Notes: generated from the letters alone by a model not told the origin. DNA of 34,987 bases from an uncultured Gammaproteobacteria bacterium (GCA_964370875.1 CAYJLM010000002.1:1-34987), one strand, 5' to 3'; positions 7,644 to 16,735 are shown, numbered from the stretch's first letter. Numbers and translations are program-made.

Positions 7644-8513
7644 ATGAATCCTGAAACAGCAAAACACATACTGCAATTGACTCAGGATGGCTATGTGCGA
7701 ATAGCCAGATATTTTGATAAAACTCGCAATACAATCTGGGAGGATTTTAGCATTTTCAAGGCCTCTGTCAAAGATGGATCTCGTGTTTTGGATGTTGGAT
7801 GCGGGAATGGGCGACTGTATGCGGCACTGAAAGATAAGAATGTGATGTATGTCGGAGTCGATCAGAACCCGTACTTAATAGAGCAGGCGCAAGAGCGTTA
7901 TCCGCAAGCGAGGTTCATTACCGGAGACATTCTTTCCCTCGACACCATTTCCGGTATTGCCGGCGAGACATTCGATGTTATTTTTTCTGTCGCAGTTCTG
8001 TGCCATATCCCTTCAACGGAATTGCGTCAGCGTGTTCTAGTAGCCATGCGTTCATTGCTGGTTCGTGATGGTCTACTCATGATGCTGAATTGGAATCTGT
8101 GGCGTATTGCCTTCAAGCATAAAAGCATTTGGAAAAATCTTCATCAGCGGTTGACACTGAGTCCGCTGACATGGAAAGAGATGTATGCAGCCTCGGAGAG
8201 AGATATGGGGTTTCGCGATGTCATGACGTGGTGGGGCACGCATATCAATGGCACGCCGCTGTATTATCGTGCATTTTCTGTCGGAGAATTGCGTGCATTG
8301 TGCCGAGATGTCGGGTTTAGCGACATCTCGTGTTTTTATACGATGAAAGGTAAAAGGGCACACTGGTGGAACGGAAGAAATCTTGCGCTTATTACGCGCA
8401 ACACACTTGTATCTGTTCCTGTAAAGGAGCGAAAAAAGTCCGCAGTACCCTTGAATCAAATGTCTTACGCATCTATTCCAAAAATTGAGATTGGTGAAAA
8501 TAGCTCATCATGA
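7644..8513 (+). CDS. class I SAM-dependent methyltransferase
   Basis: Motif I VLDVGCGNGRL, followed by the usual acidic loop and motif II spacing. Confidence 0.8.
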   Translation: MNPETAKHILQLTQDGYVRIARYFDKTRNTIWEDFSIFKASVKDGSRVLDVGCGNGRLYAALKDKNVMYVGVDQNPYLIEQAQERYPQARFITGDILSLDTISGIAGETFDVIFSVAVLCHIPSTELRQRVLVAMRSLLVRDGLLMMLNWNLWRIAFKHKSIWKNLHQRLTLSPLTWKEMYAASERDMGFRDVMTWWGTHINGTPLYYRAFSVGELRALCRDVGFSDISCFYTMKGKRAHWWNGRNLALITRNTLVSVPVKERKKSAVPLNQMSYASIPKIEIGENSSS

Positions 8514-8701
8514 AGAAAATAATACACAATCAGTCGACGCGAGGTGAGCGCAGAGCCGTACTATTACAGAAGAAAATTTCCGCTCCGCGCGGAGGAACGC
8601 TCGCAGGACAAGTCGCGCGTCTTCAGGTGCAGCGCGGGATGGCGGGACTGCCAAAAGCACTCAAGCCCCGCGTTCGTATTCGTCTTAAAAATGCAAGTTG
8701 A
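8510..8701 (+). CDS. small, very basic hypothetical protein (63 aa); coding status uncertain
   Basis: ATGA overlap with the methyltransferase stop suggests translational coupling. The segment looks G+C-rich and Arg-rich, so a structured RNA is an alternative. Confidence 0.3.
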   Translation: MKKIIHNQSTRGERRAVLLQKKISAPRGGTLAGQVARLQVQRGMAGLPKALKPRVRIRLKNAS

Positions 8702-8912
8702 ATCTCGTGGCATGGTGTGATATGGTTGTATTGCTTTAAATTCCCTTTGCATATGCGAAAGAAAGAATCGCCATCCTAGATTAGTAGGGACGAGCAGCGT
8801 GAAAACATATGTTGACGCAAAGATTGGAACGCGGACATATTTTGACAATATTCCTGAGATAAGAAAAGCCCGAATGGGGACGCCATAATTTATTTAACCA
8901 TAGTGATACTAT

Positions 8913-9386
8913 ATGAACGGAGTACATCCAGAAGTAATCAAAGCCCCTTATAACCTCGAAGAGTTTTCAGCGATGATCGCAGATCGGGTGAGCGTCGCAA
9001 TTGAAAAGAAAAAAGAGATCTCTCTTCATGATCTTCCGATCGTTGCGCATGATGATTTAGTAAAAGTGCTTGAAGGACTGCTGGAAAAATATGTTGAGCA
9101 GGATAATTCGAATGGTTTTCTTATACTTTTTCACGCATTTAGAGATGATATTGAAAGAATAACACCAACGCTTAAATGGGATGAAACAGAATCTCATGCG
9201 AACAGCTCAATGAATATAGAAATTGCCAAAGCCATACGCGCGTTATGGGAGGATGGAAAACGAAGCAAGGAGGGGGAATTGCTTCTGAAGCTAGCCATGA
9301 AGCTGGGCGTCATCCGGCAAAATGATATTGAAAGAATACGGGATTTGGTTGGCGTGAGTGATTCGTCAGGAAACGACCGGATATAG
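8913..9386 (+). CDS. hypothetical protein, 157 aa
   Basis: Only long ORF in this interval, same strand as uvrB, ends 11 nt before the uvrB start. Confidence 0.6.
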   Translation: MNGVHPEVIKAPYNLEEFSAMIADRVSVAIEKKKEISLHDLPIVAHDDLVKVLEGLLEKYVEQDNSNGFLILFHAFRDDIERITPTLKWDETESHANSSMNIEIAKAIRALWEDGKRSKEGELLLKLAMKLGVIRQNDIERIRDLVGVSDSSGNDRI

Positions 9387-9397
9387 ATTAAAGAGCG

Positions 9398-11347
9398 ATG
9401 CATAGATTCCATCTCAAATCACACCTTCAGCCGGCAGGCGATCAGCCGCAAGCCATCCAGAAACTCACGGATGGCTTTGCTCGTTTTCCACAACAAACAC
9501 TTCTCGGCATTACCGGATCGGGAAAAACATACACTGCCGCAAAGGTGATTCAGGACATTCAGGTGCCGACACTCGTTTTGACGCACAACAAAACATTAGC
9601 CGCACAGCTATACAACGAGTTTAAGAGTTTTTTTCCGGATAATAGGGTCTGCTATTTTGTTTCATACTACGACTACTACCAGCCGGAAAGCTATTTGCCA
9701 AAATCAGATACCTATATAGAAAAGGAGACGCAGATCAATCAGAAGATCGATCAGCTTCGACTCGAGGCGATGTCCGCACTCGCTACGCGCAAAGACACGA
9801 TTGTGGTTGCCTCTGTCTCCTGTATCTATGCTTTGGGCAACCCCGCCAATTTCATGGCAGGCATGACGACCGTAAAGACGGGACAAGAGACATCGCGGAA
9901 GGCATTTTTGGAAAACCTTATAGACATGCTCTATCAGCGCAATGATGTGGAGCTTGTGGCCGGTCGGTTCCGCGTGCGTGGTGATGTTGTCGATGTGATT
10001 CAGGGGTTTGGCGGTGATATTATCCGATTTGAATTTTTTGGCAGACAGATAGAAAAAATCTCGCGTCTCCATCCAATATCTCTGGAAGTTGAAGAAGTGT
10101 TATCAGATGTTATTCTCTTTCCTGCGCGGCCCTTTGTGACACCCGAGGAACAGCGATTGCGTGCCCTCGATACAATCCGTGAGGAGCTGGCAGAACGACT
10201 CAAGGAACTCCCGATGTTAGAGGCCCATCGTCTTGAACAGCGCACGAATTATGACCTTGAGATGATTGAGCAGATTGGAACATGTAAGTCAATCGAAAAC
10301 TACTCGCGCCACTTCGATGGGCGCGCGCCGGGAGAGCCGCCGTTTTGTCTCATCGATTATTTCGCTCAGAGCCCGTTTTCAAAAGAATTTCTGATGATGA
10401 TTGACGAGAGTCATGTGTCGGTACCGCAAGTGCGGGGTATGTATCATGGCGATCGCACGCGCAAAAAGAATCTCATTGATTTTGGATTTCGGCTTCCATC
10501 AGCGTATGATAATAGGCCGCTGAAGTTTGCGGAGTTTGAAAAATATCTTACCCATGCACTGTACGTGAGCGCAACACCCGGCGAGTACGAGCGTGAACAC
10601 AGCAGTCAGATTGTTGAGCAAGTAGTGCGACCGACAGGGCTTCTCGATCCCGAGATTACGATTAAGCCAATCAAGCATTGTATTGAGGACTTGAAAAATG
10701 AAATTAATGCATGTGTCAAAGACGGGGATCGCGTGCTGGTGACCACGCTCACCAAGCGGTCCGCCGAAGAGCTTGCCGAGTATCTTACGTTGCATGATAT
10801 CAAGGCGCGTTACTTGCACAGCGAAATTGATACGATAGAGAGGACAAAGCTACTCAAAGATTTGCGCCGGGGGGTATTTGACGTCATGGTGGGAATTAAC
10901 CTGTTGCGCGAAGGGCTTGATTTGCCCGAGGTGGCGCTCGTGGCGATTCTCGATGCCGACAAGGAAGGATTTTTGCGCAATGCAACAAGCTTGATTCAGA
11001 CCATCGGTCGCGCCGCGCGCAATCTCCGAGGTCGTGTTATTTTATACGCCGACAAACAAACGGATTCAATACAGCACGCGGTGGATGAGACGAAGCGAAG
11101 GCGCAAGATTCAGACCGCATTCAACAAAAAACACGGCATCACTCCAAAGAGCATTGAAAAAGCGATCATGGAGGAGCTGGTTCCCGGAGAAATAGCCGCA
11201 GTCATGAAGGGTATCCCAACACATGATCAGATAATCGTGTTGCAGGAGGAGCTCCAGGCGGCAGTGGAACGGCTTGATTTTGAGAAAGCAATCGTTATTC
11301 GCGATACGCTGGCAAAGCTCGAGAAGAATGCGCGGAAGGGAAGGTAG
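9398..11347 (+). CDS. uvrB: excinuclease ABC subunit B
   Basis: Walker A GITGSGKT, DESH box (MIDESHVS), helicase motifs, and a C-terminal UVR domain (LEKAIVIRD-like FEKAIVIRDTLAKL). Confidence 0.95.
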   Translation: MHRFHLKSHLQPAGDQPQAIQKLTDGFARFPQQTLLGITGSGKTYTAAKVIQDIQVPTLVLTHNKTLAAQLYNEFKSFFPDNRVCYFVSYYDYYQPESYLPKSDTYIEKETQINQKIDQLRLEAMSALATRKDTIVVASVSCIYALGNPANFMAGMTTVKTGQETSRKAFLENLIDMLYQRNDVELVAGRFRVRGDVVDVIQGFGGDIIRFEFFGRQIEKISRLHPISLEVEEVLSDVILFPARPFVTPEEQRLRALDTIREELAERLKELPMLEAHRLEQRTNYDLEMIEQIGTCKSIENYSRHFDGRAPGEPPFCLIDYFAQSPFSKEFLMMIDESHVSVPQVRGMYHGDRTRKKNLIDFGFRLPSAYDNRPLKFAEFEKYLTHALYVSATPGEYEREHSSQIVEQVVRPTGLLDPEITIKPIKHCIEDLKNEINACVKDGDRVLVTTLTKRSAEELAEYLTLHDIKARYLHSEIDTIERTKLLKDLRRGVFDVMVGINLLREGLDLPEVALVAILDADKEGFLRNATSLIQTIGRAARNLRGRVILYADKQTDSIQHAVDETKRRRKIQTAFNKKHGITPKSIEKAIMEELVPGEIAAVMKGIPTHDQIIVLQEELQAAVERLDFEKAIVIRDTLAKLEKNARKGR

Positions 11348-11421
11348 GTGTCATCCCGAACAACGTGAGGAATCTCGCCGCAGTAATATGTCCGCAGAAT
11401 GGGGGGTATCCATTTTTGCGG

Positions 11422-11497
11422 GAACAGGTAGAGACTCCTTTTTTGCAACAGGGCACACTTCGTTCAAAGGTTGCCAAAAAGGAATCTCCACCTGTTC
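11422..11497 (+). repeat. 76-nt near-perfect hairpin (H1)
   Basis: Stems 11422-11429 / 11490-11497, 11431-11443 / 11476-11488 (one C/A mismatch) and 11445-11449 / 11470-11474. 20-nt loop containing gcacacttcgttcaaag. Confidence 0.8.
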
Positions 11498-11525
11498 AGT
11501 CGTGCGAAACGTGAATAGTTCGTTG

Positions 11526-11603
11526 CAGGGCAGGGATGTCCTTTTTGCGGTGACTTTAACCGAAGGTGTGCATCGGGAGCCGCAAGGGGGCATCCCTGCC
11601 CTG
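11526..11603 (-). repeat. 78-nt hairpin (H2), inverted homologue of H1
   Basis: 13-bp perfect stem 11526-11538 / 11591-11603. An 11-bp stem 11540-11550 / 11580-11590 with three G:T pairs. The reverse complement of the apex, gcacaccttcggttaaag, matches the H1 loop. Confidence 0.8.
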
Positions 11604-11614
11604 GATGTCGAATC

Positions 11615-11693
11615 GTTGTCATTTTGTGGGTTTTAGGGTAGTATGTGTATCGTTGCACGCGTCGAGTAGGAGAATTTTGCAATGGATGACAAC
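11615..11693 (-). repeat. 79-nt hairpin (H3), degenerate subfamily-1-like element
   Basis: 8-bp closing stem gttgtcat (11615-11622) / atgacaac (11686-11693). On the minus strand, ctcctactcgac...aacgatacacatac resembles the subfamily-1 core ctccggtactcgacaacgtaca. Confidence 0.5.
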
Positions 11694-11893
11694 CACCGGT
11701 CGACCGCTAGAGTATGTCTTAGCGGTAAGGGCAAACAGGTGAAAATCCTGCAGTCCACGACCGAACAACAGTGGCAAGATTTCCGGCAACACGAAAAGGA
11801 AAGGGTGGCACAAAAGCCGTCAGAGAGGAGGGCAACGAGAAGAAATAGCTCGTTTTTTGCGCCAGGGCTGGTCTCGATTGATCGGCCCTGGGC
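11694..11893 (+). other. structured non-coding leader upstream of uvrA, unclassified
   Basis: Hairpins accgcta / tagcggt (11703-11726) and cagg-tgaaaat-cctg (11736-11750). Weak terminator-like aacgag-N9-ctcgtt followed by tttt (11834-11858). Stem ccagggc / gccctgg (11862-11891) ends 2 nt before the uvrA ATG. Confidence 0.4.
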
Positions 11894-14695
11894 ATGCTTA
11901 CACAATCTATGGAAAAAGAACACATTATCATCAAAGGCGCACGGCAGCACAATCTCAAAAATATCGATGTTGAGATTCCAATCAATTCGCTGACCGTCAT
12001 CACGGGGCTTTCCGGAAGCGGGAAGTCGTCTTTGGCGTTTGATACGTTGTATGCGGAAGGGCAGCGCAGATACGTGGAGAGCTTGTCGGCATACGCGCGG
12101 CAGTTTTTGGGTGTTATGAATAAGCCCGATGTCGACTCTATCAAAGGCCTGAGTCCGGCTGTTGCGATACAGCAGAAAAAGATGTCGGCAAATCCTCGTT
12201 CGACCGTGGCGACTGTGACGGAAATTTATGACTATCTCCGCTTGCTCTATGCGCGTATTGGCGTTCCGCATTGTCCCAAGTGTGGCGCGCGCATTTCGCA
12301 TCAGGACGCGCAGTCGATTACCAAGCAAATTATCGGGAACTATCACGGCAAGCGCATTACGATACTTGCCCCGCTTGTTCGCGCGAAAAAAGGAACGTAT
12401 GACTATTTATTCACCGACCTGAAGAAGCAGGGATTTACTCGCGTACGCGTTGATGGCGTGCTGTATAATCTCGGGACGGAAAATATATTATTGAAGCGAT
12501 ATGTCCAGCATACCATTGAAGTGGTTGTAGACAGATTTGAGGCATCTGAGGAAGAAAAGTCCCGTATTCAGGAATCGATTGAAAAAGGTCTTCAGCATGG
12601 AAGTGGGTTCGTTGTTGTGCTGGCAGAAAAGCGTGAGGCGGGCACCGCGCTAGGCACCGAATCAAAGAAGTACGATGAAAAGTTTTTTAGCCAGCATCTC
12701 GCGTGCGTTCATTGCGGGATTAGTTTCGACGAGCTTCAGCCGAGGAATTTTTCATTCAACGCCCCGCAAGGCGCGTGTCCGGAATGCCACGGTCTTGGTG
12801 TTATCGAGGAGTTTGACGAGGATCTGATTATCCCTGATCCAAACCGATCTATTTTGCGAGGCGGTATCGCACCGTGGACAACAACGGCGTTGTGGATGCG
12901 CGACAGCGCGCTTTCAGCACTCGCGAAGCACTATCATTTCAATCTCGACACGCCGATCAATAATCTTCCGCGGCCGGTCATACGCATGTTGCTTGAAGGC
13001 GATCCGGAAGTGGGATACGAGGGTATTGTTCCTCAGCTAAAACGGTACTACCACAAAACTGGATCCGAAGAGCGCAGGGCAGAGATTGGAAAATTTTTAC
13101 GGCCAACCACGTGTCCATCATGCAATGGCAATCGACTCAAAAAAGAGAGCATGGCCGTGACCGTGGGTGCAAAAAATATCATGGAGCTGACGGGTTTATC
13201 TCTGCAGGATGCGTTGGATTTTTTTACTACTCTCGACCTGTCAGAAAAAGAAAAGAAAATCGCCAATCTTATCATCAAAGAGATTCGCGCGCGCGTCCTT
13301 TTTCTCGTGAACGTCGGCTTGGAATATCTGACATTATCGCGGAGTGCAGGGTCGCTTTCCGGCGGTGAGGCACAGCGTATTCATCTTGCGACGCAGATTG
13401 GATCCGAGCTGCGCGGTGTCATGTATATTCTCGATGAGCCATCTATCGGCTTGCATCAGAGGGATAACAAAAAGCTGATTGAGACGCTGAAAAATCTGCG
13501 CGATATCGGGAATACGGTGATTGTTGTAGAGCACGATGAGGAGACCATGCTTGCGTCCGATCATATTATTGATATTGGGCCGGGTGCGGGTTTGCACGGG
13601 GGAAATGTGATCTTTTCGGGCACGCCCGCAAAAATGATGACGGCAAAGAATTCATTGACAGGCCAGTACTTGTCGGGAAAGAAAACAATTCCTGTTCCGG
13701 ACAAGCGTCGGCCGGCCCGCGGGTTTCTCACGCTCACCGGAGCCAGTGAGCACAATTTGAAAAATATCGAGGTAAAATTTCCATTGTCGGTACTTGCGTG
13801 TATTACAGGTGTATCGGGGAGCGGAAAAAGCACGCTTGTCACAGAAACGCTCTATCCGATTTTGGCAAAGACATTTTTTGGATCGACCGATATCCCGGGG
13901 GCGCATAAAAAAATAGACGGAGTCAGCTATCTTGATAAGGTAATTATCATCGATCAGAACCCAATCGGTCGGACACCGCGGTCAAACCCCGCCACTTACA
14001 CCGGCATCTTTACGTATATCCGCGAGCTCTTTACGGCTACAAAAGAGGCGCGTATGCGCGGGTATGCCCCGGGACGATTTAGTTTCAATGTTGCGGAAGG
14101 GCGCTGTGGCAATTGCGACGGCGATGGATTGATAAAAATAGAAATGCATTTTCTTCCCGACGTGTATATTCCCTGCGAAGTATGCAGCGGCAAACGCTAC
14201 GACGATGAAAAAAACATCGCCGATATTTTGGCAATGACCGTGGAGGAGGCGGTGCAGTTTTTTGCGCCTGTCCCGAGGGTAAAGAATAAATTGCAGACCC
14301 TGCTGGACGTGGGGCTCGGATATATCGAACTGGGACAGTCAGCAACCACGCTCTCCGGTGGTGAAGCCCAGCGCATTAAGCTTGCCACAGAGCTATCGCG
14401 CCGTGATACCGGCAGAACACTGTACATTCTTGATGAGCCGACAACAGGACTCCATTTTGAAGATATCAAGAAACTGCTCGGGGTGCTGAACCGACTCGTA
14501 GACAAACAAAATTCCGTATTGGTTATTGAGCACAATCTTGATGTGATAAAAACAGCTGACTATATTATCGACCTTGGGCCTGAAGGAGGGGAGAAGGGTG
14601 GCCATATCGTTGCACAAGGCACGCCGGAGGAGGTCGCGAAAGTCACCGGCAGCTACACGGGGCAGTACCTTAAGAAAATACTTAAAAAAAGTTGA
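11894..14695 (+). CDS. uvrA: excinuclease ABC subunit A
   Basis: Two ABC modules (GLSGSGKSS and GVSGSGKST Walker A; two LSGGE signatures), zinc-finger Cys pairs, N-terminal [12 protein letters not shown]. Confidence 0.95.
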   Translation: MLTQSMEKEHIIIKGARQHNLKNIDVEIPINSLTVITGLSGSGKSSLAFDTLYAEGQRRYVESLSAYARQFLGVMNKPDVDSIKGLSPAVAIQQKKMSANPRSTVATVTEIYDYLRLLYARIGVPHCPKCGARISHQDAQSITKQIIGNYHGKRITILAPLVRAKKGTYDYLFTDLKKQGFTRVRVDGVLYNLGTENILLKRYVQHTIEVVVDRFEASEEEKSRIQESIEKGLQHGSGFVVVLAEKREAGTALGTESKKYDEKFFSQHLACVHCGISFDELQPRNFSFNAPQGACPECHGLGVIEEFDEDLIIPDPNRSILRGGIAPWTTTALWMRDSALSALAKHYHFNLDTPINNLPRPVIRMLLEGDPEVGYEGIVPQLKRYYHKTGSEERRAEIGKFLRPTTCPSCNGNRLKKESMAVTVGAKNIMELTGLSLQDALDFFTTLDLSEKEKKIANLIIKEIRARVLFLVNVGLEYLTLSRSAGSLSGGEAQRIHLATQIGSELRGVMYILDEPSIGLHQRDNKKLIETLKNLRDIGNTVIVVEHDEETMLASDHIIDIGPGAGLHGGNVIFSGTPAKMMTAKNSLTGQYLSGKKTIPVPDKRRPARGFLTLTGASEHNLKNIEVKFPLSVLACITGVSGSGKSTLVTETLYPILAKTFFGSTDIPGAHKKIDGVSYLDKVIIIDQNPIGRTPRSNPATYTGIFTYIRELFTATKEARMRGYAPGRFSFNVAEGRCGNCDGDGLIKIEMHFLPDVYIPCEVCSGKRYDDEKNIADILAMTVEEAVQFFAPVPRVKNKLQTLLDVGLGYIELGQSATTLSGGEAQRIKLATELSRRDTGRTLYILDEPTTGLHFEDIKKLLGVLNRLVDKQNSVLVIEHNLDVIKTADYIIDLGPEGGEKGGHIVAQGTPEEVAKVTGSYTGQYLKKILKKS

Positions 14696-14727
14696 AGCCC
14701 GGCAAACCAAGGTGGTAGCGGGCTTCG
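14684..14727 (-). terminator. intrinsic terminator for the minus-strand mini-gene pair (the hairpin also follows the uvrA stop)
   Basis: Stem gaagcccg (14695-14702) / cgggcttc (14720-14727). On the minus strand it is followed by aacttttttt. Confidence 0.55.
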
Positions 14728-14755
14728 AACGGCGGTAGGGACAGGCTGGGCATGG

Positions 14756-14857
14756 TTACGGCAGGGCTCCATTCCGGAGGATATAGATCCCAACGGCAAC
14801 CGCTAGGCAACATCCAATACCGATGAAGATTCCGGCCACCCTATCTTTCCATCGCAT
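14756..14857 (-). CDS. 33-aa single-pass membrane peptide (MRWKDRVAGIFIGIGCCLAVAVGIYILRNGALP)
   Basis: Below the ORF-track cutoff; read by hand. GGAGG lies 11 nt upstream of the ATG at 14857, stop TAA 14756-14758. Paralogous to the next gene (shared GIF...GIY.LR). Confidence 0.55.
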   Translation of the reverse strand: MRWKDRVAGIFIGIGCCLAVAVGIYILRNGALP

Positions 14858-14896
14858 TTTGAAATGCACCTCCTGTAAGATATGTACAAGACATGG

Positions 14897-14923
14897 TTGA
14901 AAATGTCAAATTGAGGGTATAAT
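14897..14923 (+). promoter_or_regulatory. sigma70-like promoter candidate for uvrC
   Basis: ttgaaa (14897-14902), 15-nt spacer, perfect tataat (14918-14923). About 240 nt upstream of the uvrC ATG, so the leader would run antisense through 14977-15123. Confidence 0.4.
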
Positions 14924-14976
14924 ACCAAAGCCCCCGGTCGACGCAGTGCGCGACGCGAGGGCTTCAAGTGGCAGAG

Positions 14977-15123
14977 TCAGGGGAGAAACGGAAGCCGAAA
15001 CGTCGGCCAGACGCTTCGGAGAACAGCGTAGATCCCAATCGCTGCGATGGGAACGAATATGCCCCACCACAGTATCTTGAGCATCCGCGCATTCCTCTTC
15101 TCCCTGAATTCATCAGCGTTCAT
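14977..15123 (-). CDS. 48-aa single-pass membrane peptide (MNADEFREKRNARMLKILWWGIFVPIAAIGIYAVLRSVWPTFRLPFLP)
   Basis: AAGGAGG lies 5 nt upstream of the ATG at 15123. One hydrophobic helix. Minus-strand promoter-like TTGACA (15165-15170 rc), 16 nt, TAGGAT (15143-15148 rc). Confidence 0.6.
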   Translation of the reverse strand: MNADEFREKRNARMLKILWWGIFVPIAAIGIYAVLRSVWPTFRLPFLP

Positions 15124-15163
15124 TGCTTCCTCCTTGCATACAATCCTAATTATTTTTTCATTC

Positions 15164-16729
15164 ATGTCAAACAGATCGCTTGCGCAATCACTCCCAACAT
15201 CTCCCGGCTGCTATCTTATGAAAGATGAGAAAGCGGACGTTATTTACATTGGCAAGGCAAAAAATATACGCAAACGCGTGAACACATATTGGCATGCGCG
15301 CGATGAGAAAACAGTCGCACTGGTATCGGAAATTGCAGACATCGAGACTATTGTGACCGACACCGAGGAAGAAGCTCTGATTCTGGAGGCGCAACTAATT
15401 CAAGCGCATCACCCAAAGTATAATATTGACTTGCAGTCGCCGGGGAGATACGCGTTTATAAAACTGACCCGTGAAGAGTATTCGAGATTTATGATCGCGA
15501 GAAAAGTTACGAGCGACGGAACATTCTTTGGTCCCTTTCCCTCAGCTGCCGCGCGCAATCAGATGCTCAGGAGCGTAAACTCATTATTCCAGCTTTGTTC
15601 TGTAAAACGAAGCAAGAAACCATGCTTTCGCTATCACCTGGGCCACTGTGTTGGCGCGTGCGCAGGGTTGGTATCGAAAGAAGAACATCAAAAATCAATC
15701 AAGTCAGCCATCAAGTTTTTGCGCGGGGATTTCGTGCTATTGATTAAGGAGACAAGAGAGCTCATGAACGGTGCTGCACGGGAGCATCATTACGAGAAGG
15801 CAAAAATTTATCGCGATCGGCTCCTTGCGCTACAAAAACGTGAAGAGCAAAAGGTATCACAGCCGAAGCGATTTGATCAGGATATCATACATTATATTCT
15901 TCTTGACTCGCAGATCATTGTGCAGCTTTTTCATTTTGATCGTGGGATTATCTCGGGGCGTAAGGAATTCAGTTTTGACCGAGATACGCTTCTAGCAGTA
16001 ACGGTCGCGGAGATCTTGCGGGATTTTCTTCTAAGCTATTACGCACATCGCAGTGCGCCGAGGGAAATAATTATTCCGCACGCCATTCCGGACCATGACT
16101 TACTCGAGTCAACGTTTGCCAAGACAAGCGGGCATCGTGTAGAAATCATCGTTCCTCAAAAAGGGAAAAAGAAAAAACTACTTGATCTGGTGAAAAAGAA
16201 TCTTTTGGAAAAGTTGGGAAGCGGCGGCGGGCAACTGACAGAGCTCCAAAAGTATGTACGGCTGTCATCAGTGCCTCGTATTATCGACTGTATTGATATT
16301 TCCCATCTGGGGGGCACGCAAACAGTCGGATCGCTCGTGCAGATGATAAATGGTCAGCTTGCGAGAGGGGGCTATCGGAAATTTATTATAAAAAGCGTCG
16401 ATGGAATTAATGACTTTGCATCGATTCGTGAAGTTGTTACGCGTTTTGGAAAAAGGATACAAGAAGGGAAAGAAGTGAAGCCCGACCTTTTGATCATCGA
16501 CGGCGGGAAGGGACAGCTCAATAGCGCACTCAAGGCGCTCCGTGAGCTGGGTTTGGATATTCCAACGGTTGGACTGGCAAAGCGTCTTGAAGAATTGTTT
16601 TTGCCTGGCATAAAAACGTCTGTGATACTGCCGCGAAAGAGTAACGCCTTGCAACTCATTCAAGCATTGCGCGATGAAGCGCATCGTTTTGCGATTACGT
16701 TTCAAAGAAAACGAAGAAAGAATGTATAG
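15164..16729 (+). CDS. uvrC: excinuclease ABC subunit C
   Basis: GIY-YIG start (PGCYLMKDEKADVIYIGKAKNIRKRV), UVR domain, C-terminal endonuclease and HhH region. The internal ATG 15164 restores the canonical N-terminus. Confidence 0.9.
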   Translation: MSNRSLAQSLPTSPGCYLMKDEKADVIYIGKAKNIRKRVNTYWHARDEKTVALVSEIADIETIVTDTEEEALILEAQLIQAHHPKYNIDLQSPGRYAFIKLTREEYSRFMIARKVTSDGTFFGPFPSAAARNQMLRSVNSLFQLCSVKRSKKPCFRYHLGHCVGACAGLVSKEEHQKSIKSAIKFLRGDFVLLIKETRELMNGAAREHHYEKAKIYRDRLLALQKREEQKVSQPKRFDQDIIHYILLDSQIIVQLFHFDRGIISGRKEFSFDRDTLLAVTVAEILRDFLLSYYAHRSAPREIIIPHAIPDHDLLESTFAKTSGHRVEIIVPQKGKKKKLLDLVKKNLLEKLGSGGGQLTELQKYVRLSSVPRIIDCIDISHLGGTQTVGSLVQMINGQLARGGYRKFIIKSVDGINDFASIREVVTRFGKRIQEGKEVKPDLLIIDGGKGQLNSALKALRELGLDIPTVGLAKRLEELFLPGIKTSVILPRKSNALQLIQALRDEAHRFAITFQRKRRKNV

Positions 16730-16735
16730 GGTTTT

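Noticed and set aside
11356-11500. LexA/Cheo-box-like GAAC...GTTC sequences near the uvr genes (cgaacaacgtgagg; gaacaggt...acctgttc).
   Set aside because: The spacing does not fit GAAC-N4-GTTC or CTGT-N8-ACAG. The gaacaggt/acctgttc pair is the base of the 76-nt H1 hairpin.
11721-11835. Cobalamin riboswitch (aagggcaaacaggtgaaaatcctgc plus a B12-box-like aagccgtcagagagg).
   Set aside because: Only the AGGG/GGUGAAAAUCC core fits. The CCCGC-ACUGU, GCCACUG and canonical B12 box (AGCCAGGAGACCUGCC-like) are absent or out of register, and uvrA is not a plausible B12-regulated gene. It is kept only as an unclassified leader.
11348-11893. RNase P RNA (gtccacgaccgaac resembles GUCCACGACAGAAC), tmRNA (ggggcatccctgccctggatgtcgaatcg) or a T-box (aaagggtggcac).
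   Set aside because: There is no GGAAAGUCC P4 partner, no T-arm or CCA-proximal acceptor pairing, and no specifier or stem I architecture. The tmRNA-like 5' end is consumed by the 13-bp H2 stem.
11682-11993. 103-aa ORF with an AGGAG 9 nt upstream of its ATG.
   Set aside because: It runs 100 nt into uvrA in another frame, is arginine-rich, and lies over the structured spacer, so it is most likely fortuitous.
11633-12346. Long ORFs antisense to well-supported genes (for example 11633-12346, 19176-20114, 32621-33187, 17793-18377, 16268-16843).
   Set aside because: Each overlaps a gene with unambiguous family motifs (uvrA, metG, atpD, dus, uvrC) on the other strand, and none has a motif of its own.
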